From: the human T2T-CHM13v2.0 reference genome, Homo sapiens
NCBI RefSeq assembly: GCF_009914755.1
Contig: NC_060933.1
Length of the DNA stretch: 64,000 nt
Reading direction: 5' to 3' (one strand)
Shown here: one piece after another, positions 33,385 through 48,577 of the stretch
How the letters are laid out: each line of letters opens with the position of its first letter
How positions within the stretch are numbered: the first letter of the stretch is position 1
Notes under the pieces: generated by a model
Seen by the model: only the letters and a program-made list of their open reading frames with translations
The model's database searches: none
Told to the model about the DNA's origin: nothing
Position numbers and translations under genes: made by a program

Positions 33385-33773
33385 TTAAACAAAATATGTA
33401 TTTGTTCGTATTAGAAAACATTTTTGCTGATTTTGAAATTAGTATGGGTTTATTATAATTTGGAACATTTAAAATTGCAGAAAGAAAAAATGTTAATTAA
33501 CCTAGAATATAACCACCCAGAGAAAATTACTACTAACATTTATAAATAAACTTTTTATTTTAACATAGTCTTAGATTTACAGAAAAATAGCCTACACTCA
33601 ATTTCCCTTATTATCTTACATTAGTATAATACACATATTTATTACAATTAATGAACTCACATTGATACATTATTATTAATTAAAAGTCCATACGTTATTC
33701 ATACTTCTTTTGTTTTTACCAAATGCTCTTTGTCTGTTCTAGGAGCCCATCTAAGATATCACATTACATTTAG

Positions 33774-34139
<366 letters not shown>

Positions 34140-35335
34140 ACTTTCCTTGGTTTTGATGACCTTGAGAGGTTTGAGGAGTCTGCTCACGTATTTTGTGCAG
34201 TGTCCCTCAGATGAGATTTATCTGATTTTTTTTCACCGTTACGCTAGAATTACTTATTTAGGGGAGGAGAAACACAGAGGTGAAATGCCATTTTCATCAT
34301 ATTGCATCAAGGATATATATGTCTTCAACATGACTCACCCTATATCAGCACAATAAGGTTAAGGTCTTCATTTATTAGTGAAGACTGACAAACACTACCC
34401 TTTTTCCCCACTTCCATACTGTTCTTTTTGGAAGGAAGTCACCATGCACAGACCACATATGAAGAATGGGAAGTTATGCTATACTTTCTTGAGGGCAGAG
34501 TCTCTACATAAAATAGTTGAAATTATTCTGCATGGAAAATTTGTCTATTCAACTACTTTTTAAATTTATTCAATAATTTATTTATATCCATCTCAATATA
34601 AATGGACTCATGGATATTTATTTTATACTTTAGGTAATAATATTATACTAGTTTATTTTCTTGAACAAATTGTTCCAGCTTTGGACATTGGGAGTGCTTT
34701 CAATTGGCTCCTATGATCCTTTAAACATCCCCATCACTGTGAATAGGTTTTTTATTTGTAGGTTTTGTTATGGTTGTTTTGTTATTATTTTTGCTAACTT
34801 ATTTTCTTGGTTCCAGGCTCATCTTGAATATTTCCAGCCCAGTTATGGAGTAAGCCATTTCTCCCAGTTATCCTGGTTCCTTTGATTGGAGAATATTAGA
34901 AACCTATACCATGGTGCTAATGCATTTGTTGCTAAAGGATTGTCTTTCTTTGAGACCCTGTTCAGCTGACAGAGCAAGGAAATATATGTGTGTGTGTGCC
35001 AGATGATGTATATACACATATCTCTAGATATCTCTTTATGTAATAACTATGTCTATATTCAGCTAAACATGAGTTTATGTCTCTAACTCTAATCCATTAC
35101 CATATAAATCATTCTAGCCTCATCCCCTTAATTCTCTGTAACCTCCCACTCCAGCAATGAGAAAACAGGCTGACACTCTCCATTTACTTAGTAGTTCCTC
35201 TGCAGTGTACACATATAGTGGTATCACAATTGTTAACTCATACCTTCTTGAGAAAAAATCTTTATCAAATAGAGTGCAATACTTATGTACAGCTTCTTTT
35301 GAATTTAGTCTTATAAATGCACAAAGCATTTCCCC

Positions 35336-35337
<2 letters not shown>

Positions 35338-35371
<34 letters not shown>
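35338..35371. repeat. (CA)n microsatellite, about 17 units
   Basis: Direct read. Confidence 0.95.
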
Positions 35372-35373
<2 letters not shown>

Positions 35374-38300
35374 CAAATTCGGTAAGGTTGTGTCATAGGT
35401 TTGTGATGCAGTTAGATTGTTTTGTCACATTCTGCATTTCATCCTGGAATATCCCAATTTTCTAAAAGAGTTTTTTAAACTTGCATTCATTAAGGTTTAT
35501 TCTTTATGTTTTATGGATTTTGATGAATGCGTAGTGTCATGTATTCACCATCATAGTATCATAAAAATAATTGTGTACCACCCTAAAAAATTCCCTGTAC
35601 TTCACCCATTGAACTCTCCCTCTTTCCTATCAAGCCACTGGTCACCTATAATTTACTACTTTTATAGTTTTGCCTTTTCTAGACTATTACATAATTGGAT
35701 GAGGACAGTATATAGCTTTTTCATGCTGTTCCTTCAATGAACAGTATGTATGTAAAATTCTTCTATGTCTTTTCAGGGCTTGATAGTTAATTTCTTCTTA
35801 TTGAAAATTATTTCATTGCCACGGTGCACCACAATTTGTTTAATTCACGTATTCATTCATCTTGATTTCTTCCAGTTTTTGGCAAACATGAATAAAGCTA
35901 CTATAAACGTTCACATACAGATTTTTGTGTGGATCTAAGTTTTTTCATCAGTTGGGTAAATATTTAGGAACACCTTATCCCATTGTAAAACTATGTTTAG
36001 CTTTGTAAGAAATTGTCGATCTGTCTTCCAAAATGACCATACTATTTTATATTCCCACTAGCAATGAATGAGAGTTTATGTTGTTCCATATTTTTGCCAG
36101 CAGTTGATACTGTCAGGATTTTTTTTATTTTAGTCATTCTGATATTTATATAATAGTGATTGTTTTAATTTGAAATTTTCTTATGATAAATGATGTTGAG
36201 CATCTTTAAATATTATTTGCCATTTATATATCTTCTCTGATGAGGCACCTCCCCCCACCCAAATTTTTCTCTTCTATAGTCCTACTTTGGCTAACTTGGA
36301 TTTTTTTGTTTTATATAAATTGTAGAATCAGTTTGTCAATAGCTACAAAAAAGAGTAATGGGATTTTTATTGGGGTTGAGTGAACTATGTAATAAGTTGG
36401 AAAAAAATTGACATCTTAACAATATTTAGTCTTCCAGTCTATGAAGACAGAACATTTCTCCATTTGCTTAGATCTTTTTCATTTCTTTCATCATAAGTTT
36501 ATAGTTTTCTGCATATAGACTCTGTATTTTATTTGTACCTAAATATTTTATATTTTTGGTAATTGTAAATGACATTTGTTTTCAGTTTCAAATTCCAATT
36601 GATTATTACCAATATAAAGAAAAACAACTGACTTTCATATTAACCTTGTATCCTGAGACCTTGCTATATTTGTTTATTAGTTCCAGGAAAGTTTTTTGTT
36701 TTGTTTTTGTCAATTCTTTGGGATTTTCTATATAAATAATCAAGTCACCTACAAACAAAAAGACATTTTATTTCTTCCTTCCCAATCTGTATGTTTATTT
36801 CCCTTTCTTGTCTTATTGCACTAGCTAGTACTTTCAGTACAATGTTGAACAGGAGTAGTAGAAAGGGACTTCCTTGCCTTGTTCCTGATCTTAGAGGGAA
36901 AGTATTCTGTTTTTTATCATTAAGTACCATGTTAGCTATAGAGTGTTTAATAGATGTTCATTATCAAGTTGAGGAAGTTCCTTTCTATTCCTAGTTTGCT
37001 GAGAGTTTTTATCATAAATGTATGTGAATATTGTCAAATGCTTTTTATGCTTCAACTGATGTGATCGTAAGATTTTTCTTTAATCTGTTGATGTGGTAGA
37101 TTACACCGATCAGTTTTTCAAATGTTAAATCAGCTTTGCATACCTGCAATAAGTTCAACTTGTCAGGGTATATAATTCTTTTTATATATTCTTGGATTAG
37201 ATTGGCTAATATTTTGCTAAGAATTTTTGTGTCTTAGTTCAAGAGAGTCTATCGTTTGTTGTATTTTATTCATCTGGTTTTTGTATCAGGGTACTGGTGC
37301 CTAATAAATTAAGTTTGTAAGTGTTCCCTCCTCTTCAACTTTCTGGTAGAATTTTTATAAAACTGGTATTATTTTTTCCCTAAATACTTGGTAGAATTTA
37401 CCAGAAAACCATTTGTGCCTAATTTTGAGATTTTTTTTTAAATATGGTGCAATATAAGTGTGCAAGTTCAGTGTTTTAAATATAGCTCATTAGTTTTCAC
37501 AGCATGACTTCCTTCATGAAATGATCTTGGCATCCTTGCTGAAATTTAGTTAACCATAGAAACATTGCTTTATTTCTGGATTCTTTATTTTATTTTATTG
37601 ATGTATATGTTTATTCTTATGTCAGTATACACAGTCTTAATTACTATTGCCTTCTAGACCTTTGCTCTGTTTTTTTAGATTCTGTATTCTACAACCTTGT
37701 TGAATTTGTTTATTAGTTATAATTGTCTTTTAGTGGATTCCTTAGGATATACAAGATCATATCATTTGCAAATATAGTTTTACTTATTGCTTTGTAATCT
37801 GAATGCTTTTTATTAACTACTTTTTCCAATACAGACCTTAACACATTAGTCATAATTATTTTAAATTACACGTGTGATAACTTTAACTCCTGTGACATAT
37901 CTAAGTGTGGTTCTGATGCTTGCTTTGCCTCTTCAGGATGTGTTTTTGCTTGCTTTTTGGCATGCCTTGTGATATTTTGTTGAAAGCCAGATATGTAGTA
38001 TCATGTAATAGGAATGGAGGTAAATAAGCCATTAGTGTGATGATTCATTTTAATCTGACTAGGAATTAGGCTGTCTTTGATATTAATTATAACTGTAGAT
38101 GTCATAGTCTTTAAATTCCTCTTGTGTGCTTGTTTTTATCTCCCACCTTGACTTTGGGCTTCCCTAAATACTCCTCCTCAGAGAGAGTCTGTGTCTTGTA
38201 GCTCTTTCCACCGTAATCCACGGTTGTTATACTGAAGGCCTGGTGGTATTGTGGTCAAGTGAGAAGAAAGGTTGTGTTCTATAGTTTTATATTTAAATCT

Positions 38301-39729
38301 AGGTCTTTTACTGTGCCTCTTTCTCTGTTCTATGACCTGAAGTGTTTTCTACGGTGGTATCGTTTTATGTTGTTGTTTTGTTTTGTTTTGTTTTGCCTGA
38401 TTTTGAAGAGACAGGATGTCTAGAAAGGACTAGAGAGGGAAGAAATTCCTTCTCCCAGCTAGAATAAAGCTCTGGTAAAGATTTTTTCCCTGGATAGTAA
38501 ACTTTTGTTATGAAGAATCCTCTGGGTGTATTTCACAATGATTAGTCTTTCCTTCTCTTACCAGAGACACAAGGCGAATCATTCTTGGATCTTCACCATG
38601 AGAACCTGCTGGATTTCCTGAAAGAAAAACTTGCCAAAATGCGGGGTCCTCCGAGATGGTGGCCCCCAGGAGTTTCTCATTCTCACATTAGTCCACACTC
38701 CACCTGCAGTAATTTGTTGAAATTATCAGTTAGATGTTTTACCAGTTTACGGCTACAGATGATTCTGTTCCAGGTAAGCAAGTGTCAGCTGTGACTCTCA
38801 AACATTTGTCTTTCTCTGCAGATTTCAGAGTAGTAGTTTGCCCGGCAACTTCAGTTCTCAATTGGGTCAGTTTGTTCAACTATTTCTTCTTGTAAGAATG
38901 GGAGGGATGACTTCCAAGCTCTTTACATATCAGAGCTAAAACCAGAAGGTGCACTATTAATATTCTGATAAATATGATTTATGTTTTTATGTGCATATTT
39001 TACAAATTTTACCCATTGTTTTTACAACTAAGATCAAAATATGTAATCCTTTATTGATCTGCTTTTTTCCCATTTAACAAAATATTGTGAACATTTTTCC
39101 ATATATACCTACTTATCTGTGCTACAAATTTTAATGATTGCTTGCATTCCACATGTGGCTTGTTAAGAAAAAATATACAGAACGTAAATATGGCAAAAAG
39201 CTGAGCCCTTTCTATGTTAAATCTGGCAAAAGCCCCCCATAAGATTGTCTATAAAGATAAAATGTATTCAACTTACCTTTTACTATTTAATAAAGATTCC
39301 AGAATTAGTAAAGCTAAATGTTAACCTGTGGAATTTTTTCTGAGATGTAAATATTTTCTTTCCAAGGGGAACATAACTCCAAAGTTTAGGGTTTATTGCC
39401 CTTTAGGATATAAGCTGGTTTTATAACTGAACCAACATTATTATACTAATATTCATTTATTAAATTGTTAATGAATACTCCTCAAATGCTCTTTGAGCCA
39501 GTCTTATCATCTTACAGATTTCCTCATTAATTAATAAGTAGAATAAAATCTTTAATATGCGGTCATGTATTTGCATGAGATTCTTAATTTTACATTTCTG
39601 AAAATTACTTTTTTACCATGGCTTACCAAGATTTATGCAACTGTTCCTTAATTTGGAGGGCATTAGGTTTTCCTTATGTTTGGTATTAGAAATAGTATTG
39701 TGATGAACAAAATTTAAAAAAAATATACA

Positions 39730-40118
39730 ATTTTTTAACTTTAACTTTTATTTTAAGTTTAGGGGTACACGTGCAGGTTAGCTATATAGGTAAACTTGTG
39801 TCATGGGAGTTTGTTGTACAGGTTATTTCATCACCCAGGTATTAAGCCTAGTACCTATTAGTTATTTTTCCTGATCCTCTCCCTCCACCCACCTTCCATC
39901 CTCCAATAGGCCCCAGTGTGTGTTGTTCCCTTCTATGTGTCCATGTGTTCTCATCATTTAGCTCCCACTTATAAGTAAGAACATGTGGTATTTGTTTTTC
40001 TGTTCCTGCCTTGGTTTGCTAAGGATAATGACCTCCAGCTCCATCCATGCTCCTGCAAAGAACATGATCTCATTCTTTTTGTGGCTTCATAGTATTCCAT
40101 GGAGGTGTATGTACCACA
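39730..40118 (-). mobile_element. L1PA13-16-type 3' end
   Basis: ttttattttaagtttaggggtacacgtgcagg...tatttcatcacccaggtattaagcctagtacc. Confidence 0.85.
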
Positions 40119-40449
40119 CAAAATATGTATAATTTTCCTCATCTCTGATAGGAATCTTCCTTCTTTAAGATAGATTCCTAGAAGTATTATTTCTGAATCA
40201 AAAAAGTCTTAATTTTTTAAATCATGTTGCTTAATTTTTAAAATCAGCTGCTTAATTTTTTAAATCACTCACTAATGTGAGTGCAGATAGAGTGTGGACT
40301 AATGGTAGAATCCTCTTGCCCTTCAAGAGGATGTACTAATTAATCCTCTCAATCACAGGGGATTATAATAATGCCCTAACACTTAACTCCACCCTCCCAA
40401 CAATAAACATTTTATGTATTTTAAACATTTGAACATTTTGTAGACATAA

Positions 40450-41520
40450 TGTCTAGCTGTTTGTTTTACATTTTTTTTTTTTACTAAATTGATTACCACT
40501 GAGGTACATATTCTTCGTATATTCTGGAGTTTTTGCCCACCTATTTGTATCTCTTATTTGAGAATTGCAGATTTATTGTTCATTACCCATTTTCCTGTTA
40601 GATACTTGTCTTTGATTCATTGATTCATAAAACTCTTTATATATCCTCCGACATCTGGTCGCAAAAGTTCGTCATAGTGTGCCTATTGTTTCTTAATTTC
40701 ATTTATGGTATGTTTTGGGCATACAGAAGTTTTTATATTTTATGTAGTCAAAATTATTTTCTACTTTCTTTTCTTTTGTATTTCAAATATTTACTAATAT
40801 AAGATTGTCAATACTGCATTTTCTAATTGTCTAGTAATTCCATTTTCTGCATTAACTCTCTAATATGTCTGCAACTTATTTTGGCATAACATGCAATGTA
40901 GATGTATATATATAAAATAGATATATTTTTTCAAATTGTATGTATCTATACATCTACAATGTACAGATACAAATTTTTTCAAACTGTTAACCAATTTCCT
41001 AAGAATTGATATTAAATATCCTTTATTTCTTTTCTGATATGAAATAGTGACTTTTAAAGACACAATATTCTTATGTATAAATGTTGTGTCTAATATATAT
41101 TCTGCTCTCCAAAGCATGTCCATTCTTGCACCAATACCCACTGTTTTAACTACGTAGTACTTTTTAACAATTGCAGTGCAATTCTTTTCTTGTATATCTA
41201 ATTTTTTTATCTTCTTGCCTACACATTTCTCTACATAAACTTTAAAATTTGACAATTTTTTATTTTAATTGAAATTACGGTCTTAAAATTAACTGGGAAC
41301 AGTTGGTGACTTGGGAAATATTGAACATTTCTCTTCAGGAACATAAAATGTTCCTTTTATTAGACTCATCTTTAATATTCATCAGACACATTTTTTGGTT
41401 GTCTTCATTAATGGTTCCACATAGTTTTTCTTGGATTTGTTACTAAGTGGTTTATATTTTTGTTGTTTTGAAAGCCTAGAATATAACAATTTTTACATAT
41501 TCCATAGTCATTTCCAAACT
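40450..41520 (-). mobile_element. Highly diverged L1M remnant
   Basis: T-rich sequence with faint antisense ORF2 similarity (cattcttgcaccaatacccactgttttaactac). Confidence 0.45.
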
Positions 41521-41714
41521 AAATGTGTTTTCTTTGGTTACAAGTCCAAGATTATATATGTGTGTATTAAGTCAGTCTTTTGAGTTCTCAAATTCTCTCT
41601 ATCTTATTTCTTTTATCTACATGACACGGCTCAAAGATAATTTCACAACAATTTTAGGCCTGATATTTATAGTCATATGTGTCTCCTCGTTGCTCCAAGG
41701 CAGGTATTATATCA

Positions 41715-41905
41715 GGATAGGTCTTAATCGAAGCTCAGAACCCTCGTTGTACTTTATAATCATCTGAGTAGCTTTTTTAAAGTATGAATTCCTGATTGCA
41801 CATCCCAGAATGATACAAAAAGAACCTCTGCAAGTGAGGGCCTGGACTTTAGTATTTTTAAAAAGGTTTCACAAATGATTCTAAGGAACCAGAGTTTAAA
41901 ATCAC
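41715..41905. mobile_element. MER5-like hAT MITE
   Basis: aatcatctgagtagctttttaaa...gggcctggactttagtatttttaaaaag...atgattctaa...agtttaaaatcact. Confidence 0.55.
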
Positions 41906-42422
41906 TATCCTAAATAATTATCATAATAATATAAAATTTACTAAATAAATCTACAGCCAATCACATATCACATTAACAAGCATATAAAATGCTTTCTGGA
42001 TGCTCAAAATATTTGCCTACTAAGCCACCATCAAGGTAGCCTGTGTGTCTGAAAGGAAAACAGTGAGCTTCGGAAATCTGAGTTCTAATTATGAATCTCT
42101 AACAAGCTCTACCTTCAACTTGAATCGCTTTTTTGTTATATTCCTCTCCTCGTTTTCATTTGTAGTGTCGGTGGGATGAACTAAAGGATCACTAGGAGAA
42201 ACTCTAAGCGCAACCACTTAAAAACATTTCTACGTCACTGATATATGAAAGCAACTCAAAAAACAAACAAAACAAATACAAATAGGGATCACATGAAGGT
42301 ATGCAAGTAGTAAAAGTCTTGCTTAGCCTGACAGTGAAGTTTAATATGGAGTTTCAAACTCAGATGCCTTCAGGAGCCAAAAAGTTAACATCAATTTACA
42401 AAGCAGCCAGGTCTCAGAGATA

Positions 42423-43107
<685 letters not shown>

Positions 43108-43419
43108 CATGGGGTTTATTGTCAACTTAAGATTTATGCAATGTCTAAAGGTATTCCAATTCAATTATGTAGACCAGTAGTCTCCAGAGCAGGGTGCGTT
43201 TAACCCAGCAGCTACACCAAATCACCCATTGGGCTGCACTAAAATAATAAGTTTTATTAATATTTAGTATGTGGATAGACAGTAATGAATATAAAAATTT
43301 ATAAATTAGGGTGCCTGTATTTAAGAAGGATACTCAAAACTTTTTCACTCATTTGATACATGATTTTAATAGAATATTTGAATGCCAATGATATGAATCA
43401 GTTGCTTATCCTTAAAGAA

Positions 43420-43560
43420 GTTACTTTAACTTCCCTGAACTCCAAATTCAATTGTAAAATGGGACTAATAACAAAACTTTCCTTGTATGACTATGGTGAG
43501 ATTTAAATGAGAAAATGCATACAGCTCTCAATCCATGTTAGATATTATTATAACCAATTA
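43420..43560 (+). mobile_element. MIR fragment
   Basis: aagttactttaacttccctgaactc...tgtaaaatgggactaataac...gagatttaaatgagaaaatgcat. Confidence 0.65.
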
Positions 43561-45072
43561 GTATCCAAATTAGCTCTCCTATGCCCTGCTGCAACCATTT
43601 CTCTTCTGGCCTTCCTAATTCAAACCCTTCTGCTATATTAAGTCTGTTAACACAATTATATATCTAGATCACTGCCTAAACGTGTCACCATCCTGCTTAA
43701 AACACACCCTTGTTCATGCACACATGTGCACACCTACACATACAGATCAGTAGTTGGTTTGCCACTGCCTATATAGAGAGCAAACTCAATAGCAAACCCA
43801 GCAGTCAAGACCATTCACAAACTGGCCCTTCTCAACTTTTCAGACTATTGTGTCAGCACTCACCGATACAAACTCATGGTTACAACGGCCCACTGGCACC
43901 AGACTCTGCTTTCTTCAATGTTCCAAGCATTTTGTTTGTCTCTTTGGTGAACTCCTTTCCTTTGCATTCCCCTCCCCACCTGACCAACAAAGTCCCACTA
44001 TTTATGCTTGTTGGTTATTTAATATTCCCACAGTATATCCAGTAGTAATAGGAGTAGAAAAATTAGAATGTTTTTAAGATGGCTTGGAAGACATCAAAAC
44101 TTGCCAATTATGACAAGCCAAATGAGGAGTTGCCATGAGACTTAAGCTGAGGATTCACCAAGCTTAAAACTATCCAGGTTGATATGATTACTGTCCAGTG
44201 GAAGCTACACCTGGAAGCAAGAGAAAGACAGGGCATGGGAAAAAGAACAAAGCAGGGAAGAGGAAATACTATTTCTATCAAAAAGAAACAATGGAGACTA
44301 CTTACTGCGTAGGCTAGATGTTTGATGATCTGTAAGTCATTCAGTGATTCTTAGTCTTACCTCCTCTGTCACATTGAGGAAGCTAAAATTGAAAATATAT
44401 GAGATTCAGATTTTAATATTCTGTTATACTCTCTACAAAGAGATAAAAAGTATACGTTTATGTTGTTGTTCACGTTTAACCTACTCTGTGCATGTGTATT
44501 TAATCCTGAAATCAAAAGGAGGATGTTTACATCCTTTATACTTTGGACATAGAAACTCTCTAAACTGACCTAAATAAAACAAGTGCCATGTAAATATCTG
44601 AGTAACAGAAAGCAATTATCCTCTCACGGCGAAGAGAGAACCACAATAAATAGATATTCCAGATGGGAAGTTATCCTGACTCAATCTTCACCTCTTCTTT
44701 ATTACCCAGGAGGACTAAGGTTGCCATTCCAATTAGATTCCTTTATTGTAAAGATATACAAGTGTTTTTTTGGTTTACATAGTTTGTGTGTTACTCCTTA
44801 AGAATCATTTGAATATTATATTTCTATAAACTAAATTATTTGAAATAAACCAGAAGCTCTCACTCTGCAAAGAAAACTTGTGATGGATTTCTTTGTGAAA
44901 TAAGGAAACTTTTGGTATGATAGATACTCAGGGGTGTCTGAATATCGGGCTTTTTAAAAGTTTAAAACATCTAGAAATGCATGTATAAATATAAATGATA
45001 ACATAAATTGTACATATAAATATAAATGTATATAAGGCAGAACAGTTGAAATGAAAGTGGTCATCTAAATCT

Positions 45073-45376
45073 GCATGTACTGTCCAATATGGTAGCCACT
45101 AGCCACACGTGGCTATTGAGACTTGAAATATGGCTGGCCCAAACTGAGATGGATTATTAAGTGAAACACGTACACGGTATCTTGAAAACTTAATACTAAG
45201 AAAGGTAAAATACCTTATTAATAGTTTTATATTAATTATATCTTGAAATAAGATTTTTATATATTGGATTAATAAAATATATTATTAAAATTAATTTCAC
45301 TGTTTTATTATTTAATGTGGCTACTAGAAAAATTAAAATGACATATATGGCTTACATTGCATTTTTATGGACAATG
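45073..45376. mobile_element. MER33-like hAT-Charlie element
   Basis: ctgtccaatatggtagccactagccacacgtggctattgag...aatgtggctactagaaaa...tggacaatg. Confidence 0.8.
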
Positions 45377-46431
45377 ATAACCTAAAGGCCTTCAATATGG
45401 AGTTCTACCTAGAGAAATGCATGCACGAAACCTCTACACCTGTATTCATCACAGATACAGAAAGACAGGAATTATGGATTGTGAGCAACTTATTTTCCTA
45501 TTTAAGTAGAACTTGTTTTTTCTATTCCAAACTGAACATCTAATTTGGAATGGATTCCCCTGATGACATTTACCACAAAATTTTATATGTAGATAAGATA
45601 AAAATATTGTCAGTAATGTTGCAAGCCTTTCTTCATTAAAAGATTTTCTAGCTGCACGCAACATGAGCTTTATATAGCCTGCTTAGAAAAGAAAGTACTT
45701 GAGTAGCAGAATGTACAACACAAACAAACAAAATGCAAATATTGGAAGCACAGAAGTGGCTTCAGTTATCAGGCAATGCTTTGCTGCATCTGAAGTCAAA
45801 GATACGCATGCTACTTTAATTAGTGATTGAACTAAAAGTAGGAGTTTTAATCTGGTTTAAAGAGTGATCTTCTTTCATTAAAAAATAAAAAGACAAAAAA
45901 CAACTTTTCCTTGAAAAGGTCTGAGCCTATTGCTTAAAAAATGATCTGGCTTGACTTAGACATATAAATTTTTCAAGGACATTAATATTCTTTGGTATAA
46001 CACTTTTGAAGTGGGACAGCTATACTAATACATGGGGCTAAAATTTTTAAATCCCCATGAGACTTTTCTCAAAAAGGTTTAGAGCTGTAACTAATTAGAA
46101 CTAAAACATGCCTATGGAGATTCAGGTTCTCAAAAAAACTGTCCTGATAGTGAAAGCATTTTGGAAGACAAAACTTTGTTTTTCTCTTTGCCTGTTGTTT
46201 CCTGTAATGACTGGTAATAAAACAGAAGGAAACACATTTTAGCCCTAAGACACATCTGGAAATAATATTTCAAATAATCGTCCTATGGGTCTACCAGAAT
46301 GGATTTTAAGCACCCTGGTGACCTACTTCCCTTACTTCTGGAAACTCTCTAGATGAAATCAGAAGATTATTGACAGTACTGTGATGTTCTTGGGGCCCGA
46401 GGAAAATAAATATGCATTCCTCTCTTTTAAA

Positions 46432-46930
46432 ACTCACCCATGTTCATAGCAATACTATTCACAATAGTCAAGAGGCAGAAGCAGCCCACGTGTCCACCAA
46501 TGGATAAATGGATAAATTAAATGTGGTGTGTACCTGCAAAAACATTATTCAGCCTTAAAAAAATGGAAATTGTGACGCATGCTACAACTTACATCAACCT
46601 TGAAGACATTATGCTAAGTAAAATAAGCCAATTACAAAAAGACAAATACTATATGATTCCACTTGTATGAAGTATCAAGACTAGTCAAACTAATAGAAAA
46701 AGGAAGCAGAAAGGTGGTTGCCAGGGAATGAGGAGACAGGGGAATGGGGAGTTACTGTTTAATGGATGTAAAGTTTCAGTTTTGCAAGATGGAAAAGTTC
46801 TGAAGATTGGTTGCATAACAATGTGAATATACTTAACACTACTGAACCATATGATTTGAAATGGTTAAAATGGCCAATTTCATGTTATGTGTTTTTGACT
46901 ACAATTTTACAATTTTTTAAATAAAAAAAA
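46432..46930 (+). mobile_element. L1MB-type 3' end
   Basis: cccatgttcatagca...ccttgaagacattatgctaagt...gtttcagttttgcaagatgg...aatggttaaaatgg, then an A-rich end. Confidence 0.85.
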
Positions 46931-48029
46931 CTTCAGCAGTAGTATCTTCTTTCTTTAATTCGACTATTTGACTGATTGGGTCAAGAATACTTACGCTGTT
47001 CAGAAGACAGCAAAAATCCACTTGTGCAAAAAAGTTCATAGGGTATTCAGTGTTGCAACTCAAGGGCCTTAGAGACATCTAGCCACTGTCGTACATGCAG
47101 GAGTGAGGCGCAGGGAGGCAAAGTGGCTTTAACCTAAGACCATGTAGTTAATTTGCAGTTCAACCAGTGCAAAAAGGTAAATTCCTTCACATCACAATAC
47201 ACTGACTTCTTACATATCTCAGTGAACCAGTAAATTCTCTTGAAAAACGTATTGGTATGAAACTTTTTTAAAAAATGAAAAAACAACTTATGTGTTAATC
47301 ATTGCTGAGGTCTTATTTTCATCAATTGATTGCTTGTTCCAAAGTTCTTTAGCAAATGTGAACAGAATGAAATGTAGAAATGAGGTATCATTAGTATACG
47401 ACTTCTCTGAATGTCTAGATTTCAGCAATTCATTTTTTCTGGTTTTGGTCTTTAACACTAATATGCATGGCTACTGAATCATTTGTTCAGAAAGCTGCAA
47501 AATTGTGAGAAGGGCTATGGTGGGATTCATGTGAATTGCATGTCTAAAAGGACAGTTTTCTTAAGATGTGTGATTAACCATAATTACTTATGCAGAATAC
47601 CTTTCTAAAGAGATTGAGGCAAAATACAAAGAAATCAATAATGGGAGAAAGCATTCACTATTAGAGCTTCCTCTTTAGTTTTCAGAATATTTAGATGATG
47701 CCTTCTCATTCTAAAACTTCTAATCCATCTCTACTGCATTCTGCACCCAGCCTTCCAGAAAGCCAGGCTTGCCTAGCCACTGACAAACATAACTCTTTCA
47801 TACTTCCTTCTCTTTCATTGAGAAGAACAACAAAAATTCCCAATGTTCACAAGCAATGTTGACCACAATGCTCACATTCTCTTTCTATTCCAGATGAGTT
47901 GTGACTTATAAGAATATGCTCAAAGTGGCTTTTGCTTTTAATTCGGTCAGTCTCTTGAGTGCAACATCTCAGTAATATTATTATTGTTATTGCTCAAAGG
48001 TATAGTTACAACTGTTTATAACTGCTGCT

Positions 48030-48577
48030 CCCCACCTATCAATCAAAAGCTACCTGAGTGTGCTACAGTGAACTCAGAGGAGGGCACCATGGAATATTTC
48101 AAATCATTGAGGGGACACTGCAGTACTTGGTTGCAGGAAACGTGGATGCCACACAAACTACTAGCTCCAGGGAGTTGGTAGTTTCAACATTAACTAACAC
48201 TACATTTACTAGATGACACCATATTTTTGTGTAGCTGGGTATTCAGAGGTTGTTGTAATATAAATCAAGTACTATGCAAAATTTAATGTAGACCAAGAAA
48301 TGAGGGTAGCATTGCCTAGTTTGAGTCCAAGGTTTGAGAAGTTATGCAGTATGCAACAGATATGCATATCCTATTAGTAAATAGCTGTGGTTATTTAATA
48401 ATAAAATAACAATAGTATTTTTTTCTATATGTATGTATTATTTTTTCACATGGCTACTAAAGTTGTTAGAATGTAAATATACATTGACTTGTTTGGACGT
48501 AAGCATTTAATAGACAATTGTTAGGTATATATTTTGCCCCGGGGTCACCATGAACTGAAAAAGTTTGGGAACTTCTG
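48030..48577. mobile_element. hAT-Charlie non-autonomous element (Charlie4-like)
   Basis: ccaaggtttgagaagttatgcagt...catatcctattagtaa transposase-end remnant and aaaaagtttgggaacttctg terminus. Confidence 0.6.
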
